Positions 9,060 through 18,022 of a DNA stretch of 34,474 bases are shown one piece after another. The stretch covers positions 1 through 34,474 of the forward strand of contig JBBIRK010000007.1 of NCBI GenBank assembly GCA_037441845.1. The letters run 5' to 3'. Below the pieces are notes generated by a model that searched no databases, was not told the DNA's origin, and worked only from the letters and a program-made list of their open reading frames with translations. The translations under genes and the position numbers were made by a program. Positions within the stretch are counted from its first letter, which is position 1. Each line of letters opens with the position of its first letter. Source of the DNA: Candidatus Zixiibacteriota bacterium (GTDB taxonomy: Bacteria; Zixibacteria; MSB-5A5; UBA10806; 4484-95).

Positions 9060-9253
9060 TGATAAACTCCGCTTTGAATATAAGACCGCCGTATTCAAAA
9101 TGCAATCACGGCGATTTTCTGAAGATGTTCGTTGAATCGGCAAAGACGACACATTCCGCTTGCCTATCGATTCGATTCCGGTTTATTTTATGAAATGAAA
9201 TCGCCGAAGGCATCGGGTAGGAATTTTTCACGAGATTAAAGAGGAATCGACCG

Positions 9254-10930
9254 ATGGATAATCAGATGAGATTCAATATCGCCGAGAAGCGGTTGAGGTA
9301 TCATGCCACCCCGGAAACAACTTTGTTCGACAATGACTTTCTGATCGGATTCAATCACCGGCATAAAAATGTTCTGGCCAATTACGAGCTGCAACTTGTA
9401 TCCGGCGGAATAATACCGATCGGAGGGAGAATCAATAATCGCTCGAATCTCGGCGCGCTGCGCAATCGCCAGTTGCGAGAATCAGTAATCCTGGCGGCGG
9501 CGCTTTCGGCGGCGGCGGTCGCTCTGAGAGGAAGAAACAGCCTGGCGTCTTATCCTCCGGATAAGCGGACACCGGCCTTGATCAACGAACTTAAACGAAA
9601 TAATGATCGGACCGCCGCGCAAATAATGGCCGAAGTATTGCAGACCACCACCGAAACATTGCCGGTGGGCGAGGAAGTGTTGATAGAATCGACGATCACC
9701 GAGGGTGCTCGCGCCAAGCCGGGCAAAGAACCGGGAGGCAACCCGACGATCGCCGTAGGAGCCTTGTTCGGCAAAAAAGAACACCGTACCCGTTACGGTC
9801 TGCCGATGCCCGAACACGTGGCGCTTTTATCGATGGGAAGCGACGTGATCGAGGGAACCACCAAATCGGTAAAGGGAATACACTCGAGCTTGACCGCCCT
9901 TTTCTTGACCGAATCCGGGGTCAAACGGCACCTTCCCGACGTTTATGTTCAGCGATGGATGGCCGGCGTTCCGTTCGAGGAATTCAATCCACGCGAGGCC
10001 GGTCTGCTTGATGCCGCCGAAATCATAATCGACGCCTATGGATTATCCAGCGCCGACCGATTATCGGCTTTTTTCCTCGATCGCAAGCGCCATTATCCGG
10101 CGATGGACATCCTGAACAACGCCGGCGTGATAACCCCTTTCGACTACGACGGCGATCTATTCCCCTCGCTGGTGCTGGGTCTCGAAGATTTACAGTTCGC
10201 CGACGGCCGTCGCCTGCTGGCCATGATCGGCGAAATAGGAGGTTCGGCCGAATGGGCGGTGGGGGTATTGCCGCTGGTCTGGCGCGGCGGCCAAGCGCTC
10301 GGCATGCTGACGAGTCAATCCGCTCTCACCCGCGAAAATATCGATCCCCAGCGTCTCTGGAAAGAAAGATTCCATTTCACCGAGGAAGAATTCATCCTGA
10401 TTCAAGACGCGAGGTTCGAACAAAAGCCGTATTTCACCATCCAGGATATTCTCGAACGACCGTTCGCCGGCGGCATCAGCGCATTCGGGAGTATAACCGA
10501 CAACTGTTATCTGCCGTACCTCGAAGGAGTCCGAATCGATGCCGAATCGGGCGAAATAGGAACGAACGTTTTCGTCATAAATTCCATGGGCATCTGCGAA
10601 GTATGGCGGCTGATATTTTCCTGCAATTCCGATATCGACCGCTCAAAAGCTTTATTCGCCTGCCCTAAAGACTCACTGGTGCTCCTTTCCGGGCCTCACC
10701 TCGAAAAAGCGATCGGCGAGCTTTTGGAAGACGAAAAATCGGCCAAGCGTTTCCGGTTGTTTTTCAACAACGAATACTATTCGGCGATCATTCCGATACG
10801 CGATAAGCTGGTCATGCTCGACGGCGTCATCGAATCGTTAATCGCCCGGGAAGCGCTCACCATCAAAGACCGCGAGATAATCGCGATCACTCGGAGACTG
10901 GCCCCTTATTGGTTCGTAGGATACGATTGA
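9254..10930 (+). CDS. glpX: Class II fructose-1,6-bisphosphatase (GlpX)-like protein with N- and C-terminal extensions
   Basis: Collinear GlpX motifs: TEG (GEG), DVIEGT (DPLEGT), PDVYV (PDMYM), LDRKRH (LDRPRH), DGDL (DGDV), IGGSAE (GGAPE), ITD..L.GV. GAGG RBS upstream. Confidence 0.75.
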   Translation: MDNQMRFNIAEKRLRYHATPETTLFDNDFLIGFNHRHKNVLANYELQLVSGGIIPIGGRINNRSNLGALRNRQLRESVILAAALSAAAVALRGRNSLASYPPDKRTPALINELKRNNDRTAAQIMAEVLQTTTETLPVGEEVLIESTITEGARAKPGKEPGGNPTIAVGALFGKKEHRTRYGLPMPEHVALLSMGSDVIEGTTKSVKGIHSSLTALFLTESGVKRHLPDVYVQRWMAGVPFEEFNPREAGLLDAAEIIIDAYGLSSADRLSAFFLDRKRHYPAMDILNNAGVITPFDYDGDLFPSLVLGLEDLQFADGRRLLAMIGEIGGSAEWAVGVLPLVWRGGQALGMLTSQSALTRENIDPQRLWKERFHFTEEEFILIQDARFEQKPYFTIQDILERPFAGGISAFGSITDNCYLPYLEGVRIDAESGEIGTNVFVINSMGICEVWRLIFSCNSDIDRSKALFACPKDSLVLLSGPHLEKAIGELLEDEKSAKRFRLFFNNEYYSAIIPIRDKLVMLDGVIESLIAREALTIKDREIIAITRRLAPYWFVGYD

Positions 10931-11109
10931 CAGCCGTTATCAACGCATATCCCGCCCGCCATATTCATCAGCCATGCCCTACTTGAATTGGCCGTAAAAG
11001 CGACGCGGACCAAATCGCTTGACTACAACTAGGCTTTCGCTGATATTGACCCCTGTTGGAATAAGGATTGAAAAGCGAGTTTCGACTTTGACAGTATCAG
11101 GAGGTCATA

Positions 11110-12729
11110 ATGGGTAATTATAAAGTCCCTTTTCCGGTCAATGAACCGATTTACTCTTACGCTCCGGGTTCGCCCGAACGCGATAAATTAAAAGCCGCGA
11201 TCGAACGACTGAAAAAAACCTATATCGAAGCTCCAATGATAATCGACGGCAAAGAGGTCAAGACCGCCAACAAGGCGGAGATGACGATGCCTCACGATCA
11301 TAAGAAATCGCTCGGGCAGTATTTTATAGGTGGAAAAGCCGAGGTGGAATCGGCTATCGCCGCCGCTTTGAAAGCCAAACCCGACTGGGAAAACATGAGG
11401 TTCGAAGACCGGGCCGCCATCTTTTTGAAAGCCGCCGAGCTTATCGCCGGGCCTTATCGTTACGAATTCAGCGCCGCCACTATCCTGGCGCACGATAAAA
11501 ACGTCTTTCAATCCGAAATCGACGCCATCTGCGAATCGATCGATTTCCTGCGCTATAACGTCTATTTCGCGCAACAGATATACGACATCCAGCCCGGCAA
11601 CGATCCCCAGATGTGGAACCGTATCGAATATCGCCCGCTTGAGGGGTTCATCGTGGCGGTTACCCCGTTCAATTTCGTTTCCATCGGAGTCAACTTGCCG
11701 ACCTCGGCGGCCCTGATGGGGAATACGGTCGTCTGGAAACCGGCATCGAGCGTGGTTTACACGGCGCACCATTTCATGAAAATATTGAAAGAAGCAGGCC
11801 TGCCCGACGGCGTCATCAATTTGGTAACCGCCAAAGGCGCCGATATCACCAATACCGCTTTCAAACACCGCGACCTCGGTGGAATCCATTTCACCGGCAG
11901 CACCGAGGTATTTCAAAACATGTGGAAAGTGGTGGGCGACAATATCGCAAACTACAAGAGCTACCCTAAGCTGGTGGGCGAAACCGGCGGCAAAGATTTC
12001 GTTTTCGTGCACGAATCAGCCGAACCTCACGAAGTCGCCACCGCGATATTCCGCGGCGCTTTCGAATATCAAGGACAGAAATGCTCAGCGGCATCCAGAA
12101 GTTACATTCCCAAATCCCTCTGGCCGGAAATCAAAGATATTCTGGTAGGTTTCGCCAAAGAGGCCAAAATGGGGCCGCCTGACGATTTCTCCAATTTCAT
12201 AAACGCGGTGATCGACAGGAACGCTTTCAATTCGATAAAGGCGTACATCGACTATGCCAAGAAATCGAACGAGGCGCAGATAATTTTCGGTGGCAGCTGC
12301 GATGACTCGGTCGGCTACTTTATCGAGCCGACATTGGTGTTGACCACTAATCCGCATTTCAAGTTGATGGAGGAGGAGATATTCGGCCCGGTGATGACCG
12401 TTTATGTATATGAGAATGCGGAATTCGAGAAAATGCTCGAGGTTTGCAACACGACATCGCCATACGGCTTAACCGGAGCGATTTTCGCACGCGATAGAAA
12501 AGCGATAGTCAAAGCATTCAACGCTTTGCGCCACGCCGCGGGCAATTTCTATATAAACGACAAACCTACCGGAGCGGTGGTCGGAAGACAGCCGTTCGGC
12601 GGCGCCAGAGCCTCCGGCACCAACGACAAGGCCGGGTCGATGTTCAACCTGCTGCGCTGGATCTCGCCGCGGACGATCAAGGAGAATTTCGTGCCGCCTC
12701 GGGACTACAAGTATCCGTTCCTCGGATAA
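11110..12729 (+). CDS. pruA: Delta-1-pyrroline-5-carboxylate (L-glutamate gamma-semialdehyde) dehydrogenase
   Basis: NEP..YAPGSPER, PFNF, FTGS, GETGGKDF, EYQGQKCSA (catalytic Cys), EEIFGP, QPFGGARASGTNDKAG. GGAGG RBS. Confidence 0.96.
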   Translation: MGNYKVPFPVNEPIYSYAPGSPERDKLKAAIERLKKTYIEAPMIIDGKEVKTANKAEMTMPHDHKKSLGQYFIGGKAEVESAIAAALKAKPDWENMRFEDRAAIFLKAAELIAGPYRYEFSAATILAHDKNVFQSEIDAICESIDFLRYNVYFAQQIYDIQPGNDPQMWNRIEYRPLEGFIVAVTPFNFVSIGVNLPTSAALMGNTVVWKPASSVVYTAHHFMKILKEAGLPDGVINLVTAKGADITNTAFKHRDLGGIHFTGSTEVFQNMWKVVGDNIANYKSYPKLVGETGGKDFVFVHESAEPHEVATAIFRGAFEYQGQKCSAASRSYIPKSLWPEIKDILVGFAKEAKMGPPDDFSNFINAVIDRNAFNSIKAYIDYAKKSNEAQIIFGGSCDDSVGYFIEPTLVLTTNPHFKLMEEEIFGPVMTVYVYENAEFEKMLEVCNTTSPYGLTGAIFARDRKAIVKAFNALRHAAGNFYINDKPTGAVVGRQPFGGARASGTNDKAGSMFNLLRWISPRTIKENFVPPRDYKYPFLG

Positions 12730-12753
12730 AAATAGGAATACAGGTGAAGAAAT

Positions 12754-12780
12754 AAGGCTGGGAAATCCCCGGCCTTTTTT
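12754..12780 (+). terminator. Rho-independent terminator after pruA
   Basis: aaggctggg-aaatc-cccggcctt hairpin running into a T-tract. Confidence 0.75.
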
Positions 12781-12894
12781 GTTGGAATGAATGCATACGG
12801 ATATGACGACACGGTTGAAGGTTTGTTCATATTATCTGTCATTCCGGATTTACTCGATCGTCGTCGGGATTGATGTGGGATTTATCACTTATCA

Positions 12895-13680
12895 TCAAGG
12901 AATCGAACCGGATTCCCCTCCGGCCGTTCCCGCGCAAGCGGGAATTTGCTTATGGGCGTTGGCCGATGCGTCATCTCCGCCGACGATAGTAAGCGACACA
13001 GGAGGATATATGCAACTGTCCGGTTCACCTTTATGGTCGCAAAAACCTGTCATCAAAGCAAGGTGCCAATTGCTGTCCAACTCTAACTCTTTATAAATCC
13101 GCCCCAAGAATTCAAGGAGGGTATCCTTATTTTCGAATCTGACTAATGGAAGCGAATCAACCACAACAAGAAATATCTTTTTGCTTATTTTAGTCTCAAT
13201 AGAACTACTCTCGAGTTGTTGGCGCTTTTCCTTGAACACATTAGTATAATATTTGTAGAATTCATAGGAATTATTATTATATTTGTAATTTGCTAAATCT
13301 CCAATAGAACGTTGGGCATCCTTGGACGAATTGCGTACTTCCACAATGTAAGGGCAACCTTTCAATTCAAGTTTGAAATCGGCGTGTGATTTTCCTGATT
13401 CGATTGGAGAAACGTTTGTGAATCCCCATAAAGCAAATTGATTAATGGCTCTAAGCATCGCAAACACAGCGTCCAAATTTTCCTTCTTTGTATCGGATAT
13501 ATTATAATCCAAACCCCCAATTAGTTTCTCCGGTGACATTTTGCAAGTTTCAGCCGCGGCGTAAATAATTACTTTGCATTTGTGCCAATTCATTCCTATA
13601 TTTTCCGCCGAAAGCTTTAACTCATCGAGAAAGTCTTTCGAGCCGGATACGTTCTTTTTTATTTTGCGATGGACAATCAT
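12895..13680 (-). CDS. AT-rich hypothetical protein, putative PD-(D/E)xK nuclease fold
   Basis: Start re-assigned to ATG 13680 (MIVHRK), 19 nt after the nrdJ stop, because the longer ORF overlaps nrdJ. ADFKLELKGCPYIVEVR resembles a (P)D...ExK motif. The DNA is visibly much more AT-rich than its flanks. Confidence 0.6.
   Translation of the reverse strand: MIVHRKIKKNVSGSKDFLDELKLSAENIGMNWHKCKVIIYAAAETCKMSPEKLIGGLDYNISDTKKENLDAVFAMLRAINQFALWGFTNVSPIESGKSHADFKLELKGCPYIVEVRNSSKDAQRSIGDLANYKYNNNSYEFYKYYTNVFKEKRQQLESSSIETKISKKIFLVVVDSLPLVRFENKDTLLEFLGRIYKELELDSNWHLALMTGFCDHKGEPDSCIYPPVSLTIVGGDDASANAHKQIPACAGTAGGESGSIP
12927..12944. repeat. REP-like palindrome
   Basis: ttcccgc-gcaa-gcgggaa matches the core of the widespread GTCATTCCCGCGNAAGCGGGAATC repeat. 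A second hairpin, ggaatc-gaaccg-gattcc, lies at 12899-12916. Confidence 0.6.
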
Positions 13681-13699
13681 ACGATTTCGACTTATCCCC

Positions 13700-15967
13700 T
13701 CATTTACACCTCGAATACCCGCAATTGGGACAACTGATACAGCCGGATTCGGCGACCATACGGCCGGCGCAGTCCGGGCAACGAATCGCCCCGATATCGG
13801 GTGTAGCCTTTGCCGCCTTACCGTTGCCGAAATGCTTGCGCAACACCTTGGCGATAGCATCGGGAACCGACCGAATCACACCGCCGGTGGCCATAACCTG
13901 CGAATCGCCGCCGATCCCTTGCAACTGCTCGATTATTTCCTCAACCTCGACACCAGAACGCAAAGCCAATGAAATCAGGCGGCAAATCGCCTCGGTGTCC
14001 GCCATCGTGTCGTAGCCAGATTTGCCGATCTGGGCGAAAACCTCGAACGGCTTACCCTGACTTATATTTATCGTGACATAAAGGTTGCCGAAACCGGTCT
14101 TGATCTTGTCGGTTATTCCGTGAAGTGTCTCCGGGCGGTCTTTAATCCGCGGACCTTGCTCGGATTGCTGGCCGGTGGCCTTGGTAGAAAGGACCTGCAT
14201 CGGCCTCGAACCATCGCGATAAACGGTGACGCCTTTGCATGACAACTCATAAGCAAGTTCGTAGGCCCGACGGACGTCATCAACGGTAGCTTTGGCCGGA
14301 AGATTGATCGTTTTGGAAACGGCGTTTTCGGTATATTTCTGGAACGCATCCTGCATTCGTATGTGATATTCCGGATCGATATCGTGGGTGGTGACGAAAA
14401 CACGGCGGATATTCTCGGGGATCTCCTCGATATCGGCGATCGAGTTCTTGCGGGCGATTTTCTCCATCAACTTTTCCGAATAGAAGCCGAGTTCGATAGC
14501 CTTCTGCTGAAAAATCGGGTTGACCTCGACCAGCCGGGTGTTATCCATCACATTGCGTTCGTAGCAGATCGCAAACAGCGGTTCTATACCTGAAGAACAA
14601 CCGGCGATAATCGAGATGGTGCCGGTGGGGGCGATCGTGGTTACGGTCGAATTTCGCCGAGGAATCGAGTTTTTGCCTTCGGGATCGCAGAAATCGCTCT
14701 TATGCCAATTGGGGAAATTGCCGCGCCGGATAGCGAGATCTCGCGATGCCAGATCGGCTTCGGTCTGGATAAACGACATCACTTTTTCGGCGAGATTCAG
14801 CGCCTCCTCCGAGTTATAGGGGATTTCGAGCATCACCAACAGGTCCGCCCAACCCATGACACCCAGCCCTATACGACGATTGGCCTTGGTGCTTCGGTCG
14901 ATTTCCGGCAAGGGGTAGCGATTCGCGTCGATCACGTTATCGAGAAAGTGCACCGATAGATTAACGGTCCGGCGCAACTTTTCCCAATCGATCTCATATC
15001 GGAACAGATCGCCGTCGGGAGTCATCCCCACCGTGGTCTTGATCATACGCGCGAGATTGATCGATCCCAGATTGCAGCTTTCATAGGGCAACAACGGTTG
15101 TTCGCCGCAGGGGTTGGTCGCCTCGACCAGTCCCACCTTGCGGGTGTGCTCGGTGGCGTTGATCTTATCGAGAAACACCACCCCAGGTTCACCGGTCTTG
15201 TGGGCGTGCTCGACTATCAGGTTGAATACCTCGCGGGCTTCGAGCGTCTGCGGCTGGCCGTCGACTATATAAGGGCCGCCGGTGCGTGGATCGATAATGC
15301 TGTAAGGCCTGTCCTCCTTGACCGCCTTGATGAATTCATCGGTTATCCCCACCGAAATGTTGAAATTCGTGATCTCCCGGACGTCATCTTTGCAGGTTAT
15401 GAATTCGATTATGTCGGGGTGATCGATCCGCAGGATCCCCATATTGGCACCGCGGCGGGTTCCTCCCTGCTTGACCGCCTCGGTTGCCGCGTTGATAACT
15501 TTCATGAAAGAAACCGGCCCGGAAGCGACGCCGGAGGTCGAAGCCACCATCGAGTTGCGCGGCCGTAAACGCGAGAACGCGAATCCGGTTCCGCCGCCCG
15601 ATTTATGAATCAGAGCGGCCGCTTTGACGGCGTCGAATATCGATTCCATGGAATCCTCGATCGGGATCACGAAACACGCCGATAACTGGCCCAACGGTCT
15701 TCCGGCGTTCATCAGCGTGGGAGAATTAGGCATGAACTCGAGCGAGGAGATCATGTCGTAAAAATCGTTGGCCGTCTTTTCCACTTCAGCCTCGTCGGCT
15801 CCGTATTGACTGTCAGGCGCGGCCACCGCCCGAGCAACCCGCCAGAACAGCTCCTCAGGGGTTTCGATAACCTGGCCGTTTTGATCCTTGGCAAGATAGC
15901 GCCGCCGCAAGACCGCCAGCGAATTCTCGCTTAGTTCCAGTTTCTTGCCGATCGCTTTCAATTCCAT
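13700..15967 (-). CDS. nrdJ: Adenosylcobalamin-dependent class II ribonucleotide reductase with C-terminal TSCPD domain and Zn ribbon
   Basis: [52 protein letters not shown]-terminal CPDC...[16 protein letters not shown]. Confidence 0.95.
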   Translation of the reverse strand: MELKAIGKKLELSENSLAVLRRRYLAKDQNGQVIETPEELFWRVARAVAAPDSQYGADEAEVEKTANDFYDMISSLEFMPNSPTLMNAGRPLGQLSACFVIPIEDSMESIFDAVKAAALIHKSGGGTGFAFSRLRPRNSMVASTSGVASGPVSFMKVINAATEAVKQGGTRRGANMGILRIDHPDIIEFITCKDDVREITNFNISVGITDEFIKAVKEDRPYSIIDPRTGGPYIVDGQPQTLEAREVFNLIVEHAHKTGEPGVVFLDKINATEHTRKVGLVEATNPCGEQPLLPYESCNLGSINLARMIKTTVGMTPDGDLFRYEIDWEKLRRTVNLSVHFLDNVIDANRYPLPEIDRSTKANRRIGLGVMGWADLLVMLEIPYNSEEALNLAEKVMSFIQTEADLASRDLAIRRGNFPNWHKSDFCDPEGKNSIPRRNSTVTTIAPTGTISIIAGCSSGIEPLFAICYERNVMDNTRLVEVNPIFQQKAIELGFYSEKLMEKIARKNSIADIEEIPENIRRVFVTTHDIDPEYHIRMQDAFQKYTENAVSKTINLPAKATVDDVRRAYELAYELSCKGVTVYRDGSRPMQVLSTKATGQQSEQGPRIKDRPETLHGITDKIKTGFGNLYVTINISQGKPFEVFAQIGKSGYDTMADTEAICRLISLALRSGVEVEEIIEQLQGIGGDSQVMATGGVIRSVPDAIAKVLRKHFGNGKAAKATPDIGAIRCPDCAGRMVAESGCISCPNCGYSRCK

Positions 15968-15999
15968 ATCTCCCTCCTGATATTTGAAAATTCGGGCGG

Positions 16000-16719
16000 T
16001 CAGCTTTCGATTTCGCCGACAGCCGTCATGTTGTTCGAATCGATCGTAAAATCCCAGAATACGATCGGGGCTTTTTCTTTCATGATCTTGAGCATCTCGA
16101 TAGCGATTTTTCGGATTTCCCAGTGCGCCCGTTCATTGGTTCTTACCCAGAAAAAATGGCGCAATTCGCGGAAATTCGCGGTTATCACTATTTCCGAGGT
16201 GGTGGCGTTGGGCAGGATATAACGGGCATCCTCCGGCGGAACCCCATGGTCGAGCATCTGCTCGTATAACTCGAAGCAGCGATTGGCCGCTTCGATGAAG
16301 TCCGACAGAAAATCGCGGGGCCCTGCGGCAAGCGACGGCGGCGCCACGATTCGGAAATCGCGCGTTTTCTTGCGGCCGGGCTTATCGGCATAGCAAACGT
16401 AGCGCTGACTCTCCTGCGATGGTGAAATAAAGCGATGCCTGACCAACTCGTGAGTGAACACCCGGGAGCCGCCCTTTATCCGAAATGTGGCGCACGCATG
16501 TTCGAGCACGGAATGATGCCTTTTACGTATCACCTTTTGGATCAACTCTTTAGTCGATTCCGGCGGCTTGTGCCGGTTGAACGACAGGTAGCACGTGCGG
16601 CAAGCCCGCTCGATCAATTCCTCCGCATTCGGGGTGATCGCTTCCAGGGTCACGGTTGGACCTGAATCGAGGATTGTGTTCGTTTCAGGCAATACTTTCC
16701 CCTCGCTAATAGCAGCCAT
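16000..16719 (-). CDS. thyX: Flavin-dependent thymidylate synthase
   Basis: HHSVLEH, signature RHRFISPSQESQRY, EDARYILP, AHWEIR. Start placed at ATG 16719 (GGGAG RBS at 16728-16732). Confidence 0.96.
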   Translation of the reverse strand: MAAISEGKVLPETNTILDSGPTVTLEAITPNAEELIERACRTCYLSFNRHKPPESTKELIQKVIRKRHHSVLEHACATFRIKGGSRVFTHELVRHRFISPSQESQRYVCYADKPGRKKTRDFRIVAPPSLAAGPRDFLSDFIEAANRCFELYEQMLDHGVPPEDARYILPNATTSEIVITANFRELRHFFWVRTNERAHWEIRKIAIEMLKIMKEKAPIVFWDFTIDSNNMTAVGEIES

Positions 16720-16795
16720 TTTTTCGGCTCCCATCATCAAAAAAATTGACTATTAAATTGTCTTTTTTCTAATCCCCTCAAGTCGAGGGGCAGTC

Positions 16796-16824
16796 ATATT
16801 AGCCCTTATATCAAATGCTGTCAA
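16796..16824 (-). promoter_or_regulatory. Sigma70-type promoter for thyX-nrdJ
   Basis: Minus strand TTGACA (16824-16819), 17 nt, TAATAT (16801-16796). Confidence 0.65.
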
Positions 16825-16951
16825 GCCGGAATTTTCGTTTTTTTTAAGAATTTTACAAGTGTAAATTCTTCATTAAATTACAATGAGCGATTTTGATGAA
16901 AATCACATTTCCCCAATGTAATTCTAAAACCCATGAATCATAATGCTATTA

Positions 16952-16976
16952 CAAATTATTGATAATCAGTCGGTTA
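16952..16976. promoter_or_regulatory. Back-to-back IHF-like sites
   Basis: Minus strand TATCAAtaatTTG (16964-16952) matches WATCAANNNNTTR exactly. Plus strand AATCAGtcggTTA (16964-16976) has one mismatch. Confidence 0.4.
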
Positions 16977-17043
16977 CATGAAATCGAATTATGTCGGAAT
17001 CGGCCATGCTATACTTCACCTCCTCAAAATTCCAGACATGGAC

Positions 17044-17072
17044 TTGAAAATGCGCCCGAAATGTGGCATTAT
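17044..17072 (+). promoter_or_regulatory. Possible promoter for the oxidoreductase gene
   Basis: TTGAAA, 17 nt, CATTAT with an upstream TG. Confidence 0.3.
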
Positions 17073-17120
17073 TGGCGAAAACAAAGCTATCGATAATTCA
17101 AGACCACGGAGTATGCGTTC

Positions 17121-17831
17121 ATGCAATCGGAGACGCCGCGCAATTACAAAATAATAGACAGAAAGTCAATTACGAACGACACGATTTCCCTCTTGTTCGA
17201 ACTCGAACCGGATGAACAACTGAGCTTTTTCCCGGGCGATCACATGCATGTTCATTACGATTTCGACGGCGAAGAAATAACCCGCCCATATACGCCGACC
17301 TCTACACCCGATGACCGAGGATTTTTCGAGCTCATCGTAAAAAGATACCCATCCGGCGTTGTTTCGAGTTACCTTCACTCTTTGGCGATCGGTCAAACGG
17401 TTTACATGTCGGGGCCGCATGTGGGCGGCCATTTCGTCGATGGCATGGCTCGTAAGGTCGGAATGGTGGCAGGCGGCGTCGGGATCACCCCGATGGTGTC
17501 GATGATAAGGACGATAATCAGACGTGGTCTTGAGGTTCAGGTGAGCCTGCTTTATGCGAACAAGACAGAGGCTGATATCATTCTGCGGGACGAATTCGAG
17601 AACCTGGCCGCAGGTCACGACAATTTCCGTTTGTTACTTGCTCTTGACACAGTGCCGCCCTACTGGAACGGGCATAGAGGATATCTCGACGAGACCGCGC
17701 TGGCGCGATTTTTGCCCTCGCCCGCTGCCGATACGGTGGTTTTCTTGTGCGGTCCTCCGATGATGGAATTCAAGCTTCGCGAAAAGCTGCTTTTGCTCGG
17801 CTACGGCAGAAAGCAGATCATAATCCCGTAA
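17121..17831 (+). CDS. FNR-family FAD/NAD(P)H oxidoreductase, NADH-cytochrome b5 reductase-like
   Basis: RPYTPTS (FAD), KRYPSGVVS, AGGVGITP, LLYANKTEADI, CGPPMM. Confidence 0.9.
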   Translation: MQSETPRNYKIIDRKSITNDTISLLFELEPDEQLSFFPGDHMHVHYDFDGEEITRPYTPTSTPDDRGFFELIVKRYPSGVVSSYLHSLAIGQTVYMSGPHVGGHFVDGMARKVGMVAGGVGITPMVSMIRTIIRRGLEVQVSLLYANKTEADIILRDEFENLAAGHDNFRLLLALDTVPPYWNGHRGYLDETALARFLPSPAADTVVFLCGPPMMEFKLREKLLLLGYGRKQIIIP

Positions 17832-18022
17832 TTATTCCCAGGGAACGATTACGTTTATCTTCCGCCCATAGAATCCCAACAGTCGGCGGCCGTTACCCTG
17901 ATCGATAAGCATACAATCGTGCAGTTTCATCAATCATAATTTCAATGGGAATGCTCGGTCGGATGTAGATGCGGCAGGACCGAAATCGGGATACGCCAAC
18001 GAATGCAAGGGAAAAGATGCGC

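Noticed and set aside
9060..9152. N-terminal extension of TatD in the ORF track
   Set aside because: TatD proteins begin at M(I/L)DTHxH, an RBS precedes ATG 9059, and the extension lies in the divergent promoter region.
12791..13096. 101-aa plus-strand ORF after pruA
   Set aside because: It lies beyond the pruA terminator, crosses REP-like palindromes, overlaps the AT-rich gene antisense and has no motif.
13681..13860. N-terminal 60 aa of the 321-aa ORF (12895-13860)
   Set aside because: It overlaps the nrdJ 3' end in another frame. The compositional shift and the ATG at 13680 indicate the real start.
13700..15967. Intein or intron in nrdJ, a common insertion target
   Set aside because: The length and continuous motifs leave no room, and no intein-like C...HN block or LAGLIDADG motif was seen.
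16720..17120. Cobalamin riboswitch or tRNA in the intergenic region upstream of thyX-nrdJ
   Set aside because: No B12-box or cloverleaf/T-loop pattern was recognised, the region is AT-rich, and the predicted leader is only about 70 nt.
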